Assembly: GCA_964626665.1 (NCBI GenBank)
Contig: CAZVGK010000033.1
Span: 1-30,350, forward strand
Reading direction: 5' to 3'
DNA: 30,350 bases
From: an uncultured Gemmatimonadota bacterium
GTDB taxonomy: Bacteria > SM23-81 > DAOVCL01
Positions 18,155-26,740 of this stretch are shown here, piece after piece. How positions within the stretch are numbered: the first letter of the stretch is position 1; each line of letters starts with the position of its first letter. The translations under genes were made by a program, and so were the position numbers. The notes below the pieces were generated by a model. That model was not told where the DNA came from. It searched no databases and saw only the letters and a list, made by a program, of their open reading frames with translations.

Positions 18155-18231
18155 GCCTAACTTCTTTATATCCGCAGTTGATTGCGGATATACCTCCAAT
18201 TTGGAGTTATATCCGAAGTACGTCGGATATG
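18155..18231 (-). other. Putative attI-like array-proximal recombination site
   Basis: First G|TTAGGC core of the array preceded by three palindromes instead of an attC stem. Confidence 0.6.
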
Positions 18232-18256
18232 CATCTCTATAGTTGACCAACAACCT

Positions 18257-20323
18257 CTATCCCTTCTGCCTTCCCAGCAGGACCTCTATGGCTAAGATGC
18301 CCAGGACCAACCAGAGCGCTGACCTCCAGAGCTCCCTCCCATGCCTCGCTTCCTGAATCTCCTCCTCCAGATCTGCCTTCCAGGGGATAAAGAAGGTTTT
18401 CCCTCCCCTGATTAGCCCCTCCACCTCCTTAGGCTTTAGTTGGGAGGGGTCGGACTCCCGCGGGTTAGGATTGACGGAAAATATTTCTATCTCCTGCCCA
18501 TCGGAGGAGAGCTCCCATATCCCCTTTTGGTCCACCTCAGGAATGCGGACGAGGAAGTTCGTCCCCCGGACGACCGGTTTTAAACCTACCCTCTCCCCAT
18601 CTGGGCGCAGGCAGGTTATCTTTCCCTTTTTTCCCTTCAGGGTTACCTCCACCCTATCCCCCACGAGGTTCTTCTTAGATGATTGGAACTTGCCGGCCGC
18701 CAGGTAGCGCATAGCCCTCTGCAGGAGGGGAACGATGAATCCTGATCGAGGCAGATCCGACCATTCCAGGTCTAAGGCTGAGGTAAAAACTATTACCCTT
18801 CCCTTCCCCACTTTCCCCTCCACCAGGGCGGGGAGTCCATTGGAGAACCAGGCCAACCCCTGACCTTCCTTCTTTGTTTCCCCTTGATAGGCCAGGTAGA
18901 AGGAAGGAGGGGCAATCTTCTTTCCTTGAAATATGCTGAAGATGGGGTGGGAGTAGTTCAGCTTCTCCAAGGAGAAGTAGATCTCCTTCTGGTGGGGTAT
19001 TCCCACCAGTGGCCCTAAGGTCAAGGGGAAGATCTCGCCAAAGGAGCCCTGGTTAAAGAGACGTGGATCTATCCCCCCCCCCAGGGAGATGAATACCCCC
19101 CCTCCCCCCTGCAAGAAACCAGTAATTGCCGCCACCCGATCCGGGTTGAGATCTCCCACATTGGCTAAGGCCACCACATCAAAGTCGGAGAGGAGAAATC
19201 CAGAAAGCTCTCTCGCCTCACAGGGAGTTGTCCCCACAGAGAACCCCTTTTCCTGTAAGGGGTTTAAGGCCAACTGCAGATAGAAAACATCCTCCCTTTT
19301 GCCCCCCACACAGAGGACCTTTATCCTCTCCGGGATGGTGAAGTTGAAGTATCTTCTGTTGTCCTTGTTTAGCCCGTCATCGGGGAGCTGCACCCATCCC
19401 CAATGGTTCCCCCCACCCTCAGGGGTTATGGCAAACTTAACTTCCCCCTCGCCTCCTGGTTTGAGGTCGATGTTCTTCTGATCCACCCTTTTTCCGTCCA
19501 GGAAGAGCTCAGCCGTCAGGTTGACAAAGGGGAAGGAGGAGTTGTTCTTTACCTTGGCAACTAACCATAAGGGTTTCCCTTTCTCCATCATTCCACCGCC
19601 CTTTAAGTTTACAGATTCAACGGTGGCATTTCTGGGTTGGTTGGGCCCGGGATGAATGATGTATAGCCTCACCCCGGAAGGTATTTCCAGGCCGCGGGCG
19701 AGGAGCTTTCCCCATCCGTATCGGTGCAGATCGGTGATTAGATAGATCTCCCGGTTGAGGTTTTTGGAACGAGAGATGATGGAGATGGCTTTGGTAAGCG
19801 CCTCCTTAAGGTTTGTTCCCCCATCGGAGAGCTGCAGCTTGGCTAGCCCTTTCTCCACCAGGGAAAGGTTGTGGCTGGGAGAGGGAAGAAGTGAACGGGG
19901 GTGGTCGGAGAAGCTAACCAGAACAGCCTCATCCCCCTCTTTGAGCATACCCAAAAGGGCTTCTCCCTTGACCTGCGCCTCACGGAAGAGCCCCCCTGCC
20001 CCCATACTCAGAGAGTTGTCCAAGAGGAGCACCGCCGAGAGCTTGGCGTGTGCCCCTACCAAACCAGAGAGGGCCCCCTTTATTGCCGGACGGGCAAAGG
20101 CCAAGGCCAAGAGGAGGAGGGCTAAGGTTCTCAAGATGAGGAGAATTATCTGCCTGATCCTTACCCTCTTCATTCGTGTCTTCTGCAGAAGGTGGAGATA
20201 CTTGAGGGTGCTGAAGTAAACCCTCTTCACCTTCTCCCTGTTTAAGAGGTGGATAAGCAGGGGGAGGACGCCAACAGCAAGGGCAAAGAGGAATGCCGTA
20301 TTTAGGAAGGTGAGATTAAACAT
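18257..20323 (-). CDS. BatA/double-TM + vWA domain protein with CARDB-like and glutamine-amidotransferase-like regions
   Basis: LPLLIHLL...FSTL...LAFARP, DNSLSM MIDAS motif, C-terminal TM. Confidence 0.9.
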   Translation of the reverse strand: MFNLTFLNTAFLFALAVGVLPLLIHLLNREKVKRVYFSTLKYLHLLQKTRMKRVRIRQIILLILRTLALLLLALAFARPAIKGALSGLVGAHAKLSAVLLLDNSLSMGAGGLFREAQVKGEALLGMLKEGDEAVLVSFSDHPRSLLPSPSHNLSLVEKGLAKLQLSDGGTNLKEALTKAISIISRSKNLNREIYLITDLHRYGWGKLLARGLEIPSGVRLYIIHPGPNQPRNATVESVNLKGGGMMEKGKPLWLVAKVKNNSSFPFVNLTAELFLDGKRVDQKNIDLKPGGEGEVKFAITPEGGGNHWGWVQLPDDGLNKDNRRYFNFTIPERIKVLCVGGKREDVFYLQLALNPLQEKGFSVGTTPCEARELSGFLLSDFDVVALANVGDLNPDRVAAITGFLQGGGGVFISLGGGIDPRLFNQGSFGEIFPLTLGPLVGIPHQKEIYFSLEKLNYSHPIFSIFQGKKIAPPSFYLAYQGETKKEGQGLAWFSNGLPALVEGKVGKGRVIVFTSALDLEWSDLPRSGFIVPLLQRAMRYLAAGKFQSSKKNLVGDRVEVTLKGKKGKITCLRPDGERVGLKPVVRGTNFLVRIPEVDQKGIWELSSDGQEIEIFSVNPNPRESDPSQLKPKEVEGLIRGGKTFFIPWKADLEEEIQEARHGRELWRSALWLVLGILAIEVLLGRQKG

Positions 20324-20329
20324 AACCGC

Positions 20330-21226
20330 TTAAAAGAGGTGTTTCCTCTTCTGTAGGTAGGCGAAGAGGGCATAGTCTAAAGGGATGGAGGTGTCCAGGG
20401 AGACATATTCAATCCTGCTCTCCCCGCATTGGGTCTTGTAGAGCTGGACTAAATCCCTGATCTGCCCCTGATACTCTCCCCTGATCTGCCAGGGCTGGGT
20501 GAGGATCTCCTCCCCGGTTTCCATATCCACAAATATGGCCTCCCTCTGGTAGGCAAAGCTCTTCTCCATAGGGTCCAAGATGTGGAAGACGATAACCTCG
20601 TTCTTTTTATACCTGAAATGCTTAAGGCCCATAAGGATATCCTCCGGCTCAGAGAAGAGATCGGAGATGATCAGGACCAGTCCCCTCCTCTTAATCCTCT
20701 CGGCCAACTGGTGAAAGGTTGAGCTCACCTGAGTGGCGTGGGAGGGCTCCAGCCTGACCAGCTCCTTCAGCAGATCATGTAGATGGCTTCTGGCTGAACG
20801 AGGGGGGAGGTAGCTGCGCATCCCTTCATCGAAGACGGCTAAGCCCACAGCATCCTTCTGTTTGAGCATCAGGTAGCTGAGGGCGGCCGCTAAATAGGAG
20901 CCATACTCCAACTTTGTTATCCCGTTTGATCTATAGCCCATAGAGGCACTGGCATCCAGGAGGATATAGGCCCTGAGGTTGGTTTCCTCCTCGTATTCCT
21001 TGATATAGTACCGATCAGTCTTGGCATAGGCCTTCCAGTCGATGTCCTTTATGGGATCGCCGGGCATATACTGGCGATGTTCGGCAAACTCCACTGAGAA
21101 GCCATGATAGGGGCTGCGGTGCAGGCCGATGAGGAAGCCTTCCACCACAAACCTGGCCTTTATCTCCATCTTAGAGAGCCTGGAGAGAAATTGGGGGGAG
21201 AGGAACTTGCGATAGTCTTGGGCCAT
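20330..21226 (-). CDS. DUF58 family protein
   Basis: GLHRSPYHGFSVEFAEHRQYMPGD; downstream of MoxR. Confidence 0.93.
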   Translation of the reverse strand: MAQDYRKFLSPQFLSRLSKMEIKARFVVEGFLIGLHRSPYHGFSVEFAEHRQYMPGDPIKDIDWKAYAKTDRYYIKEYEEETNLRAYILLDASASMGYRSNGITKLEYGSYLAAALSYLMLKQKDAVGLAVFDEGMRSYLPPRSARSHLHDLLKELVRLEPSHATQVSSTFHQLAERIKRRGLVLIISDLFSEPEDILMGLKHFRYKKNEVIVFHILDPMEKSFAYQREAIFVDMETGEEILTQPWQIRGEYQGQIRDLVQLYKTQCGESRIEYVSLDTSIPLDYALFAYLQKRKHLF

Positions 21227-22233
21227 TACTCCTTCACTACCTCCAAGAGCTTGTCCACAATTTGATCTGGGTTCACCCCATCTGCCTCGGCGGTGAAGGA
21301 GGTAACGATGCGGTGCCGCAAGACGGGCTTGGCCACGGCCTTGATGTCCTCACAGGAGGGGGAATAGCGGCCATCGAGCACCGCCCTGGTCTTGGCCCCC
21401 AAGATCATATACTGGGAGGCCCGCGGGCCGGCTCCCCAGCTAACCCAGTTTTTGATGAAGTTCGGCACCTCATCCTCAACTGGTCTGGTCTTCCTGGCCA
21501 GCCTCACCGCATAGCCAATCACATGGTCGGAGGCGGGGACCCTCCTCACCAGGGATTGCAGCCCAATTATCTCCTCCGCCCTCATCACCGTGGATAGCTC
21601 CTGAGAATAGGCACTGGTTGTCGTCTTCACGATGGTGTTCTCCTCCTGGTCTGAGGGGTAGTTTACATAGATATTGAACATAAACCTGTCCAACTGGGCC
21701 TCAGGCAGAGGGTATGTGCCCTCCTGCTCTATGGGGTTTTGGGTGGCCAGCACATAGAATGGTTCCTCCAGCTTGTAGGTAGTGCCAGCAGCGGTGACCT
21801 CATGCTCCTGCATAGCCTGCAGCAAGGCAGCTTGGGTTTTGGGGGGGGTGCGGTTAATCTCATCGGCCAGGATGATGTTGGCAAATATAGGCCCCTTCAC
21901 AAATTTAAAATCTCTCCTTCCACTGGCCTTGTCCTCCTCAATTATCTCCGTCCCGGTAATGTCCGAGGGCATAAGATCGGGGGTAAATTGAATTCTCTGA
22001 AATTTCAGGTCAAGTATGCGGGAAAGGGTGCTGATCATTAAGGTCTTGGCCAGGCCAGGGACGCCAATGAGTAGGCAATGACCCCCAGCGAGAAGGGCGA
22101 TAAGCAGTTCCCCGATAACTTGGTCCTGGCCGACAATGACCTTTCTCATCTCCGTTATTATCCCATCCCGGGCCTGGGCTAATCTCTCTACCGTTTTCAG
22201 GTCCTCTTTTTCCTTTACCATCTCCACCTCCAT
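21226..22233 (-). CDS. moxR: MoxR family AAA+ ATPase
   Basis: GVPGLAKT, RIQFTPDLMPSD, DEINR, ATQNPIEQEGTYPLPEAQLDRF. Confidence 0.95.
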   Translation of the reverse strand: MEVEMVKEKEDLKTVERLAQARDGIITEMRKVIVGQDQVIGELLIALLAGGHCLLIGVPGLAKTLMISTLSRILDLKFQRIQFTPDLMPSDITGTEIIEEDKASGRRDFKFVKGPIFANIILADEINRTPPKTQAALLQAMQEHEVTAAGTTYKLEEPFYVLATQNPIEQEGTYPLPEAQLDRFMFNIYVNYPSDQEENTIVKTTTSAYSQELSTVMRAEEIIGLQSLVRRVPASDHVIGYAVRLARKTRPVEDEVPNFIKNWVSWGAGPRASQYMILGAKTRAVLDGRYSPSCEDIKAVAKPVLRHRIVTSFTAEADGVNPDQIVDKLLEVVKE

Positions 22234-22246
22234 TTCTCTGAACTTA

Positions 22247-22366
22247 TCTGACAGGATAAACAGGATTTACAGGATCTTTACCACAAACTATACAAGGAAA
22301 CACTGAATGAGGTTGTTTGTCCTGTTCATTCTGTCAATCCTGTCTAAAGATGGGAATTCCTATGCC
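22247..22366. repeat. 9-mer periodic inverted-repeat element, copy 2
   Basis: gacaggataaacaggatttacaggat...gtcctgttcattctgtcaatcctgtc-taaagatgggaattcctatgcc. Confidence 0.7.
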
Positions 22367-22527
22367 ATCAAGTTGTGATTGTTCACCACTGATAACCACT
22401 TTTAATTTTCAACTTTTAATTGTTTTTCTCTGTGGGACTCTGTGGTAAACTGTTGCCCCCAATTTAATGATTAAAAAGCCTAAAGTCAACCCGATTCTAA
22501 GCTTCTTCGGGAAAGGTCAGATCTGAC

Positions 22528-22556
22528 TTGACTTAGGGGTCTTTTTTAAGTATAAA
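22528..22556 (+). promoter_or_regulatory. Sigma70-type promoter for the ECF gene
   Basis: TTGACT-N17-TATAAA. Confidence 0.6.
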
Positions 22557-22559
22557 AGG

Positions 22560-22586
22560 TGAAACAATCCTTAATTGTTCACCGTA
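22560..22586 (+). promoter_or_regulatory. ECF (SigW-like) autoregulatory promoter
   Basis: TGAAAC-N17-CGTA, ending 7 nt before the ATG. Confidence 0.65.
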
Positions 22587-22593
22587 AATAGAG

Positions 22594-23160
22594 ATGAAAG
22601 AGGAAGAGACAGAGGTTATCAAAAGGGCCATCTCCGGTGACCAGGAGGCTTACTCCCGCATCTTGAGAAGCTATCGGGATGCGGTCTTCGGCTTGGTATA
22701 TCGGATGATCAGGGATAGGGAAGAGGCCGATGATATCACCCAGGAGACATTCATCAGGGCCTTTAAATCCTTGCGCTATTATAGGCCCGAGTATGCCCTT
22801 TCTACCTGGCTCTTTAGGATTGCCACCAACAGATGCATTGATCACCTGAGGAAAAGGAAGATAAAGACTGTCTCTCTGGATCAGGGAATGGAGACGGAGA
22901 CAGGAGAGTTGCATCGAGAGATCCCGGACACCTCCACCCGTCCTGATGAGATTTTTTTTCAAAAGAGGAGGATGATCTCCATTGAACGGGCCATTGGTTC
23001 ACTTCCGCCCAAATATAGGGATGTTATTAGCTTGAAACACAAGGAGGAAAGATCCTACGAGGAGATAGCCCAAATCTTAGATCTTCCCTTAGGAACGGTA
23101 AAGGTGAGGATATTCCGCGCCCGTGAGCTCTTAAAGAAGAAGCTAAAAAGTTTCTTATAG
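22594..23160 (+). CDS. ECF sigma-70 factor (SigW/RpoE-like)
   Basis: ADDITQETFIRAF, STWLFRIATNRCIDHLRK, SYEEIAQILDLPLGTVKVRIFRAR. Confidence 0.95.
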   Translation: MKEEETEVIKRAISGDQEAYSRILRSYRDAVFGLVYRMIRDREEADDITQETFIRAFKSLRYYRPEYALSTWLFRIATNRCIDHLRKRKIKTVSLDQGMETETGELHREIPDTSTRPDEIFFQKRRMISIERAIGSLPPKYRDVISLKHKEERSYEEIAQILDLPLGTVKVRIFRARELLKKKLKSFL

Positions 23161-23307
23161 CAGGTGGATGAAGCTTTGAATCAACTGGGCGATCAGATCT
23201 CCTGATCTGGTCAGAGGAAGAGCCAGGACATAGTTGGGCAACCTCAAGGGATGAAGACGGTCAACAACAACAAGGGTTAACAGCCAAGTAAAACCAAAGA
23301 GGAAAAG

Positions 23308-24360
23308 ATGCAATGGCGTGAAGTTCTCTTTTTTATAACAGTTTTTATCCTCCTGACCTCCCAGGGGGTAAGAGCAAGGAGTAGATACGAGTATCCCTTC
23401 TCCCAAAACCTTAAGATTGAACCTGGGGCCAAGGTAATCATAGAGAATTTATCAGGCGACATCAGGATGAGCCAGGGGGCTCCAGGCCAGCTAATCATAG
23501 GGGGAAAGAAGGTGATCAAGGTCCCTTCCGAACGAAGTGCTGAGAAGGAGGCCAAGAGGATAAAAGTAGAGGTGAAGAGGGAGAAGGGAAAGGTCCGTAT
23601 TTGGGTAAAGGATGGGCGCCACGGGGATAGGGTCTTCTTTGGATTTTGGAAGAAGGTCTCCAGTTGGGTCGATTTTAATCTCCTTGTCCCTCCGGGGACA
23701 GACTTAGAGGTCAGCTCCACCAGTGGGGATATAAGGGCAGAAGGAGTAAAGGGAGAGATAGCTATTAAGCTAACAAGCGGTGATCTCTGCTTAGAGGGTT
23801 TTGTGGGGTCGACTAACGTGCATACTACCAGTGGTGACATAAGCTTAAAAGGGATAGTGGGGCGGGTCAATATAGAGGGAACCAGCTCGGATCTGGAGCT
23901 TTCAGGCATCAAGGGGGATGTAGATATAAGCGTTACCAGCGGAGACATAGAGGGCAGGGACATTGAAGGTAACCTGACGGTGGGAGGAACAAGTGGGGAT
24001 GTGGAAATAGTTAGACTGAGAGGGGACTTGCAGATATTTCTTCATTCCGGGGAGGTAAAAGCTAATGAGGTCCAGGGTGGGGTGAGGGTGGAGACAACCA
24101 GTGGGGATGTCAACATAAAGGCTGCCCTTCAGGAGGGCAAGGACTACCAGGTGGACACATCGAGCGGGGATGTTGGCTTTAAGGTAATGGGAAACAATCC
24201 ATTTAACCTAATAATCGATACCGCCAGCGGTGATATCAATGTTAAAGCCCCCTTGATTATAAACTCGATTTCCAGGAACCACTTGGAGGGGAAAGTAGGA
24301 AAAGGAGGATCAACGGTGAGGATAACTACCTCAAGCGGGGATATTGAACTTTCCCAGTAG
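23308..24360 (+). CDS. DUF4097 beta-strand repeat protein, secreted
   Basis: Signal peptide; repeated TSGDI motifs. Confidence 0.9.
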   Translation: MQWREVLFFITVFILLTSQGVRARSRYEYPFSQNLKIEPGAKVIIENLSGDIRMSQGAPGQLIIGGKKVIKVPSERSAEKEAKRIKVEVKREKGKVRIWVKDGRHGDRVFFGFWKKVSSWVDFNLLVPPGTDLEVSSTSGDIRAEGVKGEIAIKLTSGDLCLEGFVGSTNVHTTSGDISLKGIVGRVNIEGTSSDLELSGIKGDVDISVTSGDIEGRDIEGNLTVGGTSGDVEIVRLRGDLQIFLHSGEVKANEVQGGVRVETTSGDVNIKAALQEGKDYQVDTSSGDVGFKVMGNNPFNLIIDTASGDINVKAPLIINSISRNHLEGKVGKGGSTVRITTSSGDIELSQ

Positions 24361-24399
24361 GAGGATTCTGCGACAAAACCGCGATTAAGAGAACGGTGG

Positions 24400-24594
24400 A
24401 GTTACTACTGGGAGCGTAAAGTAGATTATATGTCATTGCGAGCGAAGCGAAGCAATCTCAAAACACCGAATACATGTTGAGACTACGGGATTGCTTCGAC
24501 CAGTTCCCTCGCTTGCGCTCGGGACAAGCCTCGCAATGACACTTGAAATAGCAAATAGCAATGTGCAAACTATAATGTGACCGAAGTAGTAACT
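24400..24594 (+). mobile_element. MITE-like element containing a TGTCATTGCGAG palindrome, copy 1
   Basis: Terminal IR agttactact/agtagtaact; inverted homolog at 27987-28154. Confidence 0.7.
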
Positions 24595-24740
24595 TTATTT
24601 CATATCATCAAATTTGGGGGCTCCATGCAATCTGACATTAGGCAATACTTTGTTTTGCAAGGTGAGAACAGGTAGAGGCAGCAATATCTTTGTAAGGGTT
24701 AGAGTTAACGGCATTCGTTGTTTCTAATAAGGAGGGAATT

Positions 24741-26432
24741 ATGCGCAAAGAGAGGAAGTTAATGGTGGCAGTCTTGACAGGATTGCTGATAGCAAGTTTT
24801 GTCGGCTGTGCCACTACACAGAAAGTAAGGGAAACAGAGAAGGCAGCGGTTAAAGTAGAGAAAGCTTCGGGAAAAAGGCTTTCTATTACCGTGGACCCCC
24901 GAATTGAGTTATTGACTGTAGTTCAGCACTTCACTTCCTGGGCTCAAAAAGGGCATATAAAGAGCGAGACTGCATACAAGGATGACATCGACCATTATTT
25001 TGGAAGGTTTAAAGATCATCCAGCCGTAGATTACGTTGAAAATTTGATTAATTCTAATTTTGCTTACGATGCGCCAGTTCAGTTCATGCTCTACCATAGT
25101 AATCCTCCGGCGCTTGTGCAAAAAACTCCATACTCGGACTACCTGATTAAAAGAGCGGGCGGCGAGGAAAATCTGATGGAGTTCGCCGATAAACTCAGAG
25201 ATTTTGCTCGCAAGACAGGCTTTATGCAGTTCTATCAGGCCCATAAACCTCTGTATGACACCTTGATTGCCGAAGTGGAGTCTTTATTTGAAGGGAAGAG
25301 TTATGTTCAAGCCCTCGAAGATTTCTATGGTGAATCGAGGAATAGCTATAATCTTATTCTCTCGCCTCTGTTTTCAGGGAACTATGGGATACCAGTAAAG
25401 GCCGAAGAAAAATATGATCTCTATTCTGTAATCGGCCCTTGTTCACTTAAGGGCAAGCGCACAACATTTGCTTGCCTCAACTACCTTGAAAGTATGACAT
25501 TACACGAATGGAGCCATCCTTTTATCAATCCTATGGTGGACCAACACTATGAGCTTTTTAAGAAATCTATTGCTTTATTTAGACCTATCAAAAGAATGAT
25601 GCAAAGGCAGGCTTATCCCAATTGGAGGGTTACTCTTTATGAACATTTAGTGCGTGCTTGTGGCGAGATTCATCTTCGAGCCAAACTCCACAGAGATTTC
25701 AAGAAGGAGAAATCCCTAAAATACCACGAAGGAAAGGGGTTCTGGTACATTAGATATATTGAAAGTTTGCTTGACGTTTACGAAATCCACCGCGAGCAAT
25801 ATCCGACCTTCAGCCAATTTGTGCCAGTCATTGCTAAAAGACTTAGTCAAATTTCTGTTGAAGACCTACCAGATAGGATAACAGACTTTAGAGGTCCCTT
25901 AGATGCTATTTTCAATCGCACCGATTGCATCCATATTGTATATCCAACAGCCGTTGATGAAGAATCAATCGACATGTTAAAGAAAGAACTGAAAGGCTTT
26001 GCGGGATTTCTAACTTCGACTCGTATAGAGCCTGTAATCGTGAGCGATAAAGAGGCGCTAAAGCTCGACTGGCAGGATAAGGTCGCCTTTATTTACGGCA
26101 ACGCGAGGGACAACTTGTTCCTTGCCCAGCTTGAAACTGGGATTCCGTTGGGTTTTCGTGAAGATGCCATAGAGTTTAGAGGAAAAAGATACGAAGGCGA
26201 AGGGATAGTTTTTATTTCCTGTATGCCGAATCCATTCAATAAGAAACTTCCTTTTACTTTGTGCGTTGCTAACAGACCAGAAGATCTGATCGGAGCCGGC
26301 TCGAGGATTAGTGGCCCAAGCGAGTGGTATGTAGATTATATACTCTATCGTGGTGATGAGAAATTGAATACCGGCCTGTATCATAAAGAGAAAGGCAAAT
26401 GGTTTTTAACTCCTCAGGAGAAAAAAGATTGA
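24741..26432 (+). CDS. DUF4932-like lipoprotein, putative zinc metallopeptidase
   Basis: Lipobox-like FVGC, VDPRIELL, HEWSHPFINP, YEHLVRA. Confidence 0.8.
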   Translation: MRKERKLMVAVLTGLLIASFVGCATTQKVRETEKAAVKVEKASGKRLSITVDPRIELLTVVQHFTSWAQKGHIKSETAYKDDIDHYFGRFKDHPAVDYVENLINSNFAYDAPVQFMLYHSNPPALVQKTPYSDYLIKRAGGEENLMEFADKLRDFARKTGFMQFYQAHKPLYDTLIAEVESLFEGKSYVQALEDFYGESRNSYNLILSPLFSGNYGIPVKAEEKYDLYSVIGPCSLKGKRTTFACLNYLESMTLHEWSHPFINPMVDQHYELFKKSIALFRPIKRMMQRQAYPNWRVTLYEHLVRACGEIHLRAKLHRDFKKEKSLKYHEGKGFWYIRYIESLLDVYEIHREQYPTFSQFVPVIAKRLSQISVEDLPDRITDFRGPLDAIFNRTDCIHIVYPTAVDEESIDMLKKELKGFAGFLTSTRIEPVIVSDKEALKLDWQDKVAFIYGNARDNLFLAQLETGIPLGFREDAIEFRGKRYEGEGIVFISCMPNPFNKKLPFTLCVANRPEDLIGAGSRISGPSEWYVDYILYRGDEKLNTGLYHKEKGKWFLTPQEKKD

Positions 26433-26484
26433 GAAAAGGTCAAGCACTTATTAGAGCTAATTTCAGCCCTATGTCTTAACTTGC

Positions 26485-26514
26485 TTGACAGCATTAGAAT
26501 TTTTGGAGTATACC
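26485..26514 (+). promoter_or_regulatory. Sigma70-type promoter
   Basis: TTGACA-N18-TATACC. Confidence 0.45.
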
Positions 26515-26539
26515 TAAATTGTGGCTTTGAAAAGACTTA

Positions 26540-26690
26540 CTCAGAAGCAAGCCCGTCGCTTGTGGCAGGAAAAGTTTGCGGGGGAGTCTAAGGGGATGCA
26601 ACACTCCCCTCCGGCGACGGGTGGGGTTCAAATCCGGCCGACGAGTGTCGGCCGCTGAGACAGGTGGTTAGATGGAGATCAGCTAACTGC
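26540..26690 (+). ncRNA. Putative structured RNA/leader or palindromic repeat (unassigned)
   Basis: Nested stems ctcag/ctgag, gcccgtcgc/gcgacgggt, ggggagt/actcccc, cggccgac/gtcggccg. Confidence 0.35.
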
Positions 26691-26740
26691 CCAGCAACGA
26701 CTTGATTATCAAATATATAGATATTAAAAAAGGGGGGATA

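Noticed and set aside
26620-26640. tRNA/tmRNA or 6S RNA suggested by GGTTCAAATCC
   Set aside because: No T-stem pairing, cloverleaf, acceptor stem or 6S-like long rod
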